Assembly: GCA_964443325.1 (NCBI GenBank)
Contig: CAYUCL010000003.1
Span: forward strand, 33,961-97,960
Reading direction: 5' to 3'
DNA length: 64,000 nt
Source: an uncultured Dehalococcoidales bacterium
GTDB lineage: Bacteria; Chloroflexota; Dehalococcoidia; E44-bin15
The notes beneath the pieces were generated by a model, which saw nothing but the letters and a program-made list of their open reading frames with translations, ran no database searches and was not told the origin of the DNA. Shown piece by piece: positions 9,676-18,639 of the stretch. Each line of letters begins with the position of its first letter. Positions within the stretch are counted from its first letter, which is position 1. The position numbers and the translations under genes were made by a program.

Positions 9676-10476
9676 CTATCGCGACTCGAAATTTGGCTCC
9701 CTCTTTTCCAAGAACGCCTTCACTGCCTCGGCGTGGTCGGCGCTGCGGAAGCAGGCATCAAGCCCCATGGTTTCGAACTGCGTCTGCGTACGAATGTCGG
9801 TATTCTGCCCTTGATAAAGGCCTCGTTTTGCCATCTGGATGGCAAACGGAGGCAGTTTGGCGATGGAACTTGCCATCTCTTTTGTCGCCTGCTTCAGTTC
9901 TTCTGCGGGCACAAGCTGGTTTACCAGCCCAATCTCTTTAGCCTCAGCGGCATCGATTATGCGAGCGGTAAATACCAGCTCACAGGCCTTGGCGATGCCG
10001 ATAATACGAGAAAGAGTATAGGTCGAACCGTATTCGGGGATTATGCCCAAACGTGTGAAGACAGCGCCGAATCGGGCCTTCTCTGAAGCGATCCTTATAT
10101 CAGCACACAAGCCTAAAGTCAAAGCCATCCCAACACAGACACCGTTGATAGACCAGATGATTACCTTCCCCATCTCCCTCATGAAAGTCGGCATAGCGTT
10201 TATAGCCGATTCCGGTGCTGGACCTCCCGCTGGCATCTTCCCTCTCAACTCCAACCCGGCGGCAAAATCGTGTATATCTGCACCGGCAGAAAAGGCATCG
10301 CCTGCCCCAGTCATGACCACAACCCTAACATCGGGATCGCTTGCCATTTCCCGCATGGCTTGGGGAAACTCATCGCGCATCTTGGTATTGAAGGCATTTA
10401 ATCTTTCGGGACGATTGAGTGTGATGGTGCCAATCCACTCCTCCTTTTCCACCAGAAGTGTCTCATAGTTGCTCAT
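9676..10476 (-). CDS. enoyl-CoA hydratase/isomerase, tandem paralog of 8746..9546
   Basis: Start moved to the internal Met (MSNYETLLVEKEEWIGTITLNRPERLNAF), which has a GGGAGG RBS. About 75-80% identity with the downstream paralog along the whole length. Confidence 0.75.
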   Translation of the reverse strand: MSNYETLLVEKEEWIGTITLNRPERLNAFNTKMRDEFPQAMREMASDPDVRVVVMTGAGDAFSAGADIHDFAAGLELRGKMPAGGPAPESAINAMPTFMREMGKVIIWSINGVCVGMALTLGLCADIRIASEKARFGAVFTRLGIIPEYGSTYTLSRIIGIAKACELVFTARIIDAAEAKEIGLVNQLVPAEELKQATKEMASSIAKLPPFAIQMAKRGLYQGQNTDIRTQTQFETMGLDACFRSADHAEAVKAFLEKREPNFESR

Positions 10477-10782
10477 CAGTACCTCCCAGGTATTCGATTT
10501 AGGCAATCTAATTCTTGACCTGTTACACTGCAGGATTGTAGGTTGGCATGAGGCCAAAGTCAAGCAAGGTATCTCGGTCTGTTGCACACATTGGCGGTCT
10601 TACTGGGTTGCTAACTGCGGTGAAAGCTACGATCTGTCTCCATAAACTGTGAATACTGATAAGTTATAATGGAAGGCAAACACAACTAACCCTTGGTGGC
10701 CACCCGAACACAAGAAAGGCGGTGCAAAAGATGAATAGTTTATGTAATCATAGGTTCTCACAGTTGTATGCCCAGGTTTCAG

Positions 10783-12402
10783 CTAGCCATGGTGCTTGCG
10801 TAGCGGTATTTCTTTAATGAACATATTAGCTACCCAGGCGACGACGATGACTATGAAACCTATGAAGAAAATCTCCCCCAAGGCCGAACTGAGAGCCAGC
10901 TTGAGCGATTCTAATACCTCATCAAAGAGCGCTATCCCTTGCGTCCCCAACTGCTCAAACATATCCATCAACTGACTTTGGGCCTGAGGGCTCACAAGTG
11001 CCTGTGGATTATGCGCCAGTGTATTTAGCGCTTCTGGTGGTATGACCGCCTTTGCGGTATCGGATAGGCCACTGACGAACTCCGTAGCGAACCTATTGTT
11101 CAGCGCTGACCCATAAATGGCCAGCCCCAAAGCACCGCCAAAGGACCTAGCGAAGGCATTCGAAGACGTAGCCACTCCCATAACGGCATAAGGGACTGCG
11201 TTCTGTACCGCGATGGTATACAGAGGCATGATAATGCCCGCTCCAATGCCTGCAATAATTATGTAAACCACCGCTGTCGCATAGCTGGTCTCAACCGTCA
11301 TTATAGAGATTAGCCCGCAACCCACTGCCATGATTGCCAGTCCCACAACACCTTGCAACCGGTAATGTCCCCCTGTGCGTGATAGAACCTGCCCGGATAC
11401 AATGCTACCTGCCACCACCCCTAACATCATAGGCGTTAAGAAGCTACCGCTGGCAGTGGCTGATGTCCCCAGCACGCCCTGAAAGAAGAGCGGGATGAAG
11501 ATAATTGCCCCGAATGTGCCAAAACCGGTCAAAAAGGTAACGATCGTCGATACAGCTACAATCCGGTTCTTGAATATCCACAGAGGAATAATGGCCTCCT
11601 CGGCTCGGCTTTCGATCACCACGAAAAGGATCGCCATTGCCGCTGAGAAAACGAACGTGCCGATTATCGGGGCAGAAACCCATGGAAAATCGACGCCAGC
11701 CCACGATAGAGCCAGCATAGCTGGTACCACCGAGAGTATGAGTGTCACCAGGCCAAGGTAGTCGATCTTGCGCTTTAAAGCGGCTGGCTTCAACTGAGGG
11801 AAGAAGAATACGAATAGGCCAATGACCACGATTCCCAGAGGCACATTAACGAAGAAGACCCAGTGCCATGAGAGGCTGTCGGTTATGAATCCACCCAGCG
11901 TTGGCCCAATTACGGACGATATGCCGAACACCGCAACGGCTAAACCTTGGTACTTCCCTCTTTCAATCGCCGGAAAAAGGTCGCCAATGATGATGAATGC
12001 ATTGGCCATCATGATCCCGGCGCCTGCACCCTGCAGCCCTCGAAAGATGATGATTTGCAGCATTGTCTGGCTAAAGCCACAGAGGATGGAGCCGCCTATG
12101 AAGATCGCTATTCCCGCGGTATAGAACCACTTTCGACCGTATATATCGGTCAGTTTACCAGTGATTGGCACAGTGACGGTGGAGGCGATTATGTAGGCAG
12201 TGGTAATCCACGTGTAATGGGTAAATCCGCCGAGGTCAGCGACGATTCTCGGCATGGCAGTGCCGACTATCGTCTGGTCAAGTGAACCAAGGAACATGGC
12301 CAACATCATGCCGGCCATGGTGATGACTACTTGCTTCTTGGGCAGTGATCGCGGGCCACTAGTGTCTGCTGCTATTATCCCGTTTGCTTTCTCTTCTCCC
12401 AC
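10783..12402 (-). CDS. MFS transporter, DHA2 (EmrB/QacA) drug:H+ antiporter family, 14 TM
   Basis: 539-aa polytopic protein with MFS motif A-like GKLTDIYGRK and a DHA2-type length and topology. Confidence 0.7.
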   Translation of the reverse strand: MGEEKANGIIAADTSGPRSLPKKQVVITMAGMMLAMFLGSLDQTIVGTAMPRIVADLGGFTHYTWITTAYIIASTVTVPITGKLTDIYGRKWFYTAGIAIFIGGSILCGFSQTMLQIIIFRGLQGAGAGIMMANAFIIIGDLFPAIERGKYQGLAVAVFGISSVIGPTLGGFITDSLSWHWVFFVNVPLGIVVIGLFVFFFPQLKPAALKRKIDYLGLVTLILSVVPAMLALSWAGVDFPWVSAPIIGTFVFSAAMAILFVVIESRAEEAIIPLWIFKNRIVAVSTIVTFLTGFGTFGAIIFIPLFFQGVLGTSATASGSFLTPMMLGVVAGSIVSGQVLSRTGGHYRLQGVVGLAIMAVGCGLISIMTVETSYATAVVYIIIAGIGAGIIMPLYTIAVQNAVPYAVMGVATSSNAFARSFGGALGLAIYGSALNNRFATEFVSGLSDTAKAVIPPEALNTLAHNPQALVSPQAQSQLMDMFEQLGTQGIALFDEVLESLKLALSSALGEIFFIGFIVIVVAWVANMFIKEIPLRKHHG

Positions 12403-12630
12403 GTTTTCTCTTATTGCAGGCTCCAGAAATACCAGCGTCTATTCTACCATGTTTCCTCACTCGCAGACATGGAAACATGAACGAGAATATTTATGGGGGC
12501 CAGAGGTGTCTCTTCTCTGGCGGGGAGCTGTGGGTGTCCCCCAGAACCACAAATCAGGCCAGGCGGATGGGTTGGATTCCTTGACTCAACGATTGGAGGT
12601 GATGTACCCTTTATCGCGGAGGTGAATTGA

Positions 12631-13272
12631 GTGAAGAGATATTGTATACTGCTTATCGTTGCAGCGTCCCTGCTGGCTGTTAGCTGCGGTGGTGGAGAGA
12701 CCGCAACACCGACACCGACGCCAACACCAACGTCTATACCGACACTGACTCCAACGCCTACGCCAATGTATAAAACCTATTCAGAACCACCACCAATGAC
12801 AATCGATGAAAGCAAGCACTATACTGCTATCATTGAAACGGATAAGGGCGACCTGGTGCTGGAGCTATTCGCCGCTGACGTTCCAGTAACTGTCAACAAC
12901 TTCGTCTTCCTGGCTAATGATGGTTTTTACGATAACTGTACGTTCCACCGTGTAATACCAGGCTTTATGGCTCAAGGTGGAGACCCTACTGGAACCGGTA
13001 GTGGAACCCCCGGCTACTACATTCCCAACGAAATCACCGAGCATACCCATGTGGCTGGCGCCATATCGATGGCTAACTCCGGCGCGGATAGAAATGGCTG
13101 CCAGTTCTTCATTTGCTATGAGCCGCAGCCGTACCTCGATGGCAATTACTCCGTGTTTGGCCAGCTAATCGAAGGGATGGATGTCCTCGAATCACTTACC
13201 CCTAGAGACCCAACTCAGTACCCAGATTTCGAGGGCGATACCATAATACGGATAACTATAGAGGAAAGCTAA
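12631..13272 (+). CDS. peptidyl-prolyl cis-trans isomerase, cyclophilin type, lipoprotein with PT-repeat linker
   Basis: GTG start after a GGAGGTG RBS. Signal peptide plus lipobox LLAVSCG, then a (TP)n linker, then the cyclophilin core FHRVIPGFMAQGGDPTGTGSG. Confidence 0.8.
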   Translation: MKRYCILLIVAASLLAVSCGGGETATPTPTPTPTSIPTLTPTPTPMYKTYSEPPPMTIDESKHYTAIIETDKGDLVLELFAADVPVTVNNFVFLANDGFYDNCTFHRVIPGFMAQGGDPTGTGSGTPGYYIPNEITEHTHVAGAISMANSGADRNGCQFFICYEPQPYLDGNYSVFGQLIEGMDVLESLTPRDPTQYPDFEGDTIIRITIEES

Positions 13273-13377
13273 ACATCATCGCTGGATTTCAGAGACCGAG
13301 TGACCCGCCTTGTTGGCTATATCACCTATAATGGCAACAGGCGGTGACCTCGGCGAGGTAGGTCACTATCATCATTC

Positions 13378-14826
13378 TCATTGGTTGGGGCAATATAGAT
13401 AACCGACTTTTTGAGATTCGGTTTTATCATGATTACTGTAGTAGAACCTAGCAAAGAGTGGATCAACCTTTGCAATAGCGTCATAATCCCATGGCGGAGG
13501 TGCACATTCTGGACACCAATGCCCTGCTGTAACACATACAGGGGTAGCTTCCCATTCATGTCCGAACCAACATCTCCATGTGAGCTTGGACCCGATACCA
13601 CTAAACTCTGTTGAAAGGCATTGCCCACCCCTTGATTCAGCCAGTTCTCGCATATCATCTATTGTATAGTCCTCAGATGCCATTTCCTTACGACGTTCTG
13701 CTTGTTCACCAGGCTCTGCACAAATGTAATCGTGCCAACCGGGAATATTCTCCCATGCTTCACGGCTACCGAAAAAAGCCTTGATTTTCTCCTCTTCGTT
13801 GTTTTCTATCCATTTTAAGGGGTCTGCCATTCTCTTCATAAACGCCTTGGTGATATTGGTTGGCGCTATTGTAGCTCCTAATTTCAAATACAACGGGATG
13901 GCATCTTCCACCTGCCTGTAGTGGTCCTTAAGCGAATGACGCCAGTGACCCAGATATTCATTGAGAACCCAGCTATCCTCGTACCAACAGCAATGGAAGT
14001 TCCTCAAGGCGAACCAGTTGAGCGGCATTATCTTTCTATAATCCCCCAAACCGAAGATTCTCATCATTCGACCCAGATAATCCTTGTACACAACCCGGCA
14101 TGATGGGCCGCCTCCCATATTGTATACTCTGCCATAGAACTCATCGGGGGCCTCCAACGTTTGCACTAGCCCGTATCCTGCATCTTCCTTGGTAATAAGC
14201 TCAATGTGGGTATTTACAGGCTGGTGGAACATGATTGGGTCCAGAAGGGACAGTGCATTGGGGATAGCTATATAAGTCTGTCGCATTGAGCCCCAATATT
14301 TTAGACCTGATTCTATAACCGCTCTTTCCGCTGCTACTTTTGTCGTTGCATAGAAGTCCCCAACGCTTGGTTTGAGAGGATCGCCAACCCTCACCATATG
14401 GATAGGTGGAAGCCGATCCCCATATTCAGCTACGGTACCGATATAGACGAATCGAATATCGTCGCCATTGTTTGGCTGCTTCTTAATCGCAGCTATTATG
14501 TTTTCTGTGCCACCGAGGTTTATCTTGTTAGCAAGCGCAGGATTGTGGTCTGCCGCCGGTGCGATAAACGCAGCTGGATGGAGAACATGGTCTACTCCGT
14601 TAACCGCTTCCAATACATCATCGGGATTCTGCAAATCTCCCCAGACCACTTTAATTCTTTCCTGATTCTCATATTGTGCGAAATCCCTCTTCTCTTGCCT
14701 GGTAGGCCTGAGCAGAATTACAATGTCATATTTGTCTCTTCTTCTAAGCAGCTCTTTGAAAGCCTCGCCGCCCATTGAGCCGCTTGCACCGGTCAGAAGC
14801 ACTTTCTTCTTCGCCATTTTACCCAT
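13378..14826 (-). CDS. NAD(P)-dependent epimerase/dehydratase (extended SDR) with an extra Cys/His-rich C-terminal domain of about 100 aa
   Basis: N-terminal VLLTGASGSMGG Rossmann motif and an SDR-like core. The C-terminal WRCWFGHEWEATPVCVTAGHWCPEC segment is not part of the SDR fold. Confidence 0.6.
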   Translation of the reverse strand: MGKMAKKKVLLTGASGSMGGEAFKELLRRRDKYDIVILLRPTRQEKRDFAQYENQERIKVVWGDLQNPDDVLEAVNGVDHVLHPAAFIAPAADHNPALANKINLGGTENIIAAIKKQPNNGDDIRFVYIGTVAEYGDRLPPIHMVRVGDPLKPSVGDFYATTKVAAERAVIESGLKYWGSMRQTYIAIPNALSLLDPIMFHQPVNTHIELITKEDAGYGLVQTLEAPDEFYGRVYNMGGGPSCRVVYKDYLGRMMRIFGLGDYRKIMPLNWFALRNFHCCWYEDSWVLNEYLGHWRHSLKDHYRQVEDAIPLYLKLGATIAPTNITKAFMKRMADPLKWIENNEEEKIKAFFGSREAWENIPGWHDYICAEPGEQAERRKEMASEDYTIDDMRELAESRGGQCLSTEFSGIGSKLTWRCWFGHEWEATPVCVTAGHWCPECAPPPWDYDAIAKVDPLFARFYYSNHDKTESQKVGYLYCPNQ

Positions 14827-15057
14827 TCACTGTGCCATGGTTAGTTGCAGCCTAAAGGATATGCTAATTCATATAAGAAGCTTGGTCGTTGGCTAACGTT
14901 CTCAAATGCGCTAGCCCATCGTGGTTTATGCTGATGTACACGAATGCCCCGAAGTTCTTCATATTAGTAACGATACGGTGCATTTGTGTAAGCTTACTAT
15001 GATATATCTAATGCGTGGTATGCCCGGGCGCTGTGGATGTGTTTCGTAGCTCTGGCC

Positions 15058-15696
15058 TCACATGTCAAGGAGAAGCCGTTTCATGCCTGGAGAGCCCGTT
15101 TCCGCTTCGAAATCGGGATGCCTCTTCTCATCGACGACTTTGAAGCCGCATTTCTCGTAGGCATTCTGCGCCGGCGTATTGCCAATAAAAACGCCAACCT
15201 GGGCGAGGCCAAACCCTAGCCGCCGGCCCTTTTCAAGGACTTCCTCCAGTAATATGTTTATCACTCCCCGACGGCGGACCTCTGGCAGTGTAGCTACACT
15301 CTCAATAATCCACGCGCCTTCGGTCTCTTCGGGGTAACAGTACAAAATCGCCGCCACGCCCTTCTGGTTGTCCAACCTGCTGCTTCCATTCAACCCAAGC
15401 TTCTGGAACGCCTCCAGTAACGGCTGCCCCACCTCAGCCAATTGCTTGGGATCGTAGCCGCTGAGGGCAGCGACTGGGCGACCGTCCACCTCCGCTATTA
15501 TAAAGTCTGAGTAGTGGAACATATGATGCGCCTCTGTCACCGTTAGATGTTCAAGGAAGGTAATGCACTCGTTTTCTGGCATTCCAACGATAATATCCCA
15601 AACTCCTCTAGGGCAATGCGAGCGCCCTGCCGCGAAAATAACCCATCCCAGAAAGGAAGCATCGTCGGGCCGGGCCGTCCGGATTTCGATTTCCAT
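15058..15696 (-). CDS. GNAT family N-acetyltransferase
   Basis: Acetyl-CoA binding motif region RRRGVINILLEEVLEKGRRLGF, GNAT-like length. Confidence 0.6.
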   Translation of the reverse strand: MEIEIRTARPDDASFLGWVIFAAGRSHCPRGVWDIIVGMPENECITFLEHLTVTEAHHMFHYSDFIIAEVDGRPVAALSGYDPKQLAEVGQPLLEAFQKLGLNGSSRLDNQKGVAAILYCYPEETEGAWIIESVATLPEVRRRGVINILLEEVLEKGRRLGFGLAQVGVFIGNTPAQNAYEKCGFKVVDEKRHPDFEAETGSPGMKRLLLDM

Positions 15697-15701
15697 TTGT
15701 T

Positions 15702-16601
15702 CTACTCCCCTCTCATGTCTCGCTGGGACGAGCCTTTGCTAGATTGCTCACTGAATCCGATGCACTGTAGATAGAACCATTGAATCGAAGCCGCTGATGA
15801 TGCATCGTGTTCCCCAATAGTGTGAAGTAGTTCTTCCCAACTCAATGTGCCGACTTCGATTTGTTGAAGGGTGGGCTGAAACCAATCTTTATACCATTTT
15901 TCTTTCTTGACACCGAACTCATTCACTCGTTTTTTGACCTTCCTGTTTATCGAACTACGACTCATTGCCTTTTCGAACACGTTTCGGGCAATCTGAACCT
16001 GTGGAGCCAGTACATAATAGCAGAGACGGGACAAATCTGAAGGAGGACGGTCGGCACGTCTGAGAACCTCGGCGATGCAGGCAACAGTGCGAGCTGCCTG
16101 GTCAAAATATTTGGCGTTGGTAACACCAGGCGATAGCCCGCTGAATATCTTGGCTTCGAGCACCACCAGGTGTTTGGCGTCAGGCTGCAGCGACAGGTCG
16201 GCCTTGCCATTAGTGCCAACGTCAAAATGGCCGACCACAGCATCCACATGAGTCGAAGTCTCGGCTAATCGTGCTGCCTTGCCACTTCCAGTAAAGGTGG
16301 TGGGTAGTAATACCTCCGAGAACCACCGCCCCTTCTCCGTAACATTGAGTGGATGCCCTTCAATCGGGTGTGCTGAGAACCAGTCCAACATAAGCCGAAG
16401 CAACCATCTCTCATTGTAAATGGTCGTCGGTGGGAACACCGGCGATTTCGTTGCACATGATTGCATCATTGCTCCGATCCTCTTTGTTGCCAATGAAAGC
16501 CCATCCTGACGTACCGGCTGCCTGGATTTCATTGGCGCCCGTTCACGCGTCACACCGCGATGACTTGTTAGAGCACCTATTCTACTCCACGGGCCTTTCA
16601 C
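15702..16601 (-). CDS. hypothetical protein, possible PD-(D/E)xK nuclease-like fold
   Basis: No family recognised. Possible D...E-x-K motif (FDVGTNGKAD....LVVLEAK). Start codon uncertain (several in-frame Met). Lies 5 nt upstream of the GNAT gene. Confidence 0.3.
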   Translation of the reverse strand: MKGPWSRIGALTSHRGVTRERAPMKSRQPVRQDGLSLATKRIGAMMQSCATKSPVFPPTTIYNERWLLRLMLDWFSAHPIEGHPLNVTEKGRWFSEVLLPTTFTGSGKAARLAETSTHVDAVVGHFDVGTNGKADLSLQPDAKHLVVLEAKIFSGLSPGVTNAKYFDQAARTVACIAEVLRRADRPPSDLSRLCYYVLAPQVQIARNVFEKAMSRSSINRKVKKRVNEFGVKKEKWYKDWFQPTLQQIEVGTLSWEELLHTIGEHDASSAASIQWFYLQCIGFSEQSSKGSSQRDMRGE

Positions 16602-16898
16602 AATTGAGCCACTCCTATATTGTCAACTATCTATACCAACCAACATGACAACATGTAGAGGAGATTTCACGTACTAATTCCTCAGTAGACCTCATCGTCA
16701 TCCCATCTAGATTACAAGAAAAACCCCCTCAGAGTCAATAAGATGTATTTGCAGAAGTCACCACCATCCCCTTGCAGAGGGTAAACCCCTATGCACTACA
16801 CTTTTTCTTCCCACTCCCTTCAAAGATGGTATAATGCCATGATATAAACCGGCCTCCAGTGGCCACTATATCGAAATTAGACGCGGAGAGATACCAAT

Positions 16899-17474
16899 AT
16901 GAGTGTTTATGATACGGCTATTAAACGACGGTCGATCAGGCGATTCAAGGACATGCCAGTCCCTAAAGACGTTTTGGAGAAGTGTGTTGATGCGGCCAGG
17001 CTGGCACCATCGGGTGCCAACCTCCAGCCACTTGAGTATATCATTGTAGATGATGAGCAGCTAGTGCCCCAGGTGTTCTCCATTATAAAATGGGCGGCAT
17101 ACATCAGACCGGCAGGCGACCCGCCCCCGGGCCATGAGCCCAAGGCCTACATCGCTATACTCAAGGAAGCCAGCGCCACAGCGCCATGGACGGCGTACGA
17201 TATCGGAGGGGCGATGGATAATATCATGCTCGTGGCCCTGGAAGAGGGCGTTGGTTCCTGTGCCCTTCTCAATGTGGATTGGGACAAGCTGAGAACAATA
17301 TGTAGCGTCCATGATAGCTATGAAATTTCTCTGCTCATCGCCCTGGGCTATCCCGATGAAAGCCCGGTTGAGGAGCCTTTTGATGGGTCGGTGAAGTACT
17401 GGAAGGACGAGCAGGGCGTGCTTCATGTCCCTAAGAAGAAGCTGGAGATGGTTCTGCACTGGAATGCTTTCTAG
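16899..17474 (+). CDS. nitroreductase family protein
   Basis: KRRSIRRF...APSGANLQP motifs. Confidence 0.75.
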   Translation: MSVYDTAIKRRSIRRFKDMPVPKDVLEKCVDAARLAPSGANLQPLEYIIVDDEQLVPQVFSIIKWAAYIRPAGDPPPGHEPKAYIAILKEASATAPWTAYDIGGAMDNIMLVALEEGVGSCALLNVDWDKLRTICSVHDSYEISLLIALGYPDESPVEEPFDGSVKYWKDEQGVLHVPKKKLEMVLHWNAF

Positions 17475-17614
17475 TACCACTGTGTTCTGCCATCACTCAA
17501 AACAGCGTCCAGACTTGATAACGGGTGTTTGGGTGTGTACCCCAGCAATACCTCTCAGGTTATGTGTGTAGGTGGGATAATTAGAATCGACTTCTGAAGC
17601 AATATACTACAAAA

Positions 17615-18280
17615 ATGGCAGAGAAAGTTATTCTGGCATGGAGTGGCGGCAAAGATAGTGCCATCACGTTATATGAAATTCAACAAAGAACAGATTACCA
17701 GGTTGTCAGCCTGCTAACAACGCTAACTTCAGACTACGATAGGGTGAGTATGCACGGCGTCCGCCGCGCTCTATTGGAGCGGCAGGCAGAATCTCTCTCA
17801 CTACCACTCTATGAGGTATTTATCTCAAAAGAAGCAACCAACGAGGAGTATGCGTCCAAAATGCAAGCTGCGCTCACCGATTTTCAGAAGGCTGGAGTGT
17901 CCTCTGTTGTCTTCGGCGACATTTACCTGGAGGATGTAAGAAAATATCGAGAGGACAACCTGTCTAAGGTAGGAATGAATGCGGTTTTCCCCATCTGGGG
18001 AAGAGATACCGCCGAGCTAGCCAGAACTTTCGTAGATTTAGGGTTCAAGGCTATTATAACCTGCATTGATTCAAAGGTTCTCGATAATATGTTTGCCGGA
18101 AGGATAATCGATGATAGCTTCCTGGCTCAACTACCATCTAATGTTGACCCATGCGGCGAAAATGGCGAGTTCCATTCGTTTGTCTTTGACGGGCCAACAT
18201 TCAACAGTAGCATACAGTACACGTTAGGTCAGATCGTCCTCAGAGATTCATTCTACTTTTGCGACTTGATTCCGGCATAG
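17615..18280 (+). CDS. PP-loop ATP pyrophosphatase, MJ0570/Dph6-like (diphthine-ammonia ligase family)
   Basis: N-terminal SGGKDS PP-loop, length about 220 aa, and EFHSFVFDGP C-terminal region typical of MJ0570-type ATPases. Confidence 0.6.
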   Translation: MAEKVILAWSGGKDSAITLYEIQQRTDYQVVSLLTTLTSDYDRVSMHGVRRALLERQAESLSLPLYEVFISKEATNEEYASKMQAALTDFQKAGVSSVVFGDIYLEDVRKYREDNLSKVGMNAVFPIWGRDTAELARTFVDLGFKAIITCIDSKVLDNMFAGRIIDDSFLAQLPSNVDPCGENGEFHSFVFDGPTFNSSIQYTLGQIVLRDSFYFCDLIPA

Positions 18281-18429
18281 TAAAGCCTGATCACATGTTC
18301 CCCACGTGGTTTGGAGAACGGCGAAAACTTCGCCTCACCCCAGCCTTTCCCACCTACGAAAAGGAGACAGATCGAAACAGCGGCCGCCATCCGACGAACC
18401 GACGCCGACCGATGTATTCCTCGGGTAAT

Positions 18430-18488
18430 CTAGAGCATCTGCTCTAGGCATCGTTGGAGCCCTTCCCCTGAAGGGCTCCAACCTACCC
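18430..18488. repeat. compound palindromic element, copy A (CTAGAGCA-TC-TGCTCTAG followed by a GTTGGAGC...GCTCCAAC stem)
   Basis: Seen directly. Shares 18/18 and a flanking GGGTA..CTACCC arrangement with copy B at 31455..31508. The second stem differs but stays palindromic (compensatory). Confidence 0.55.
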
Positions 18489-18639
18489 ATGAGCTAGGCC
18501 CTGACTATCTCGGGTGAGACTTCAACCATGGCTCTGGCGAATGCCTTTCCTTTACACTGCAGTCGAACAATGCTATAGTGACAAAGAGAGCGGAGTGGAA
18601 GGGTGACCTACCACTCCTGCTAATTATAAAGGCAGGATA

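Noticed and set aside
12700-12770. (ACNCCN)n nucleotide repeat, considered as a possible tandem repeat or CRISPR-like feature
   Set aside because: It encodes the Thr-Pro linker of the cyclophilin lipoprotein. It is a coding low-complexity region, not an independent element.
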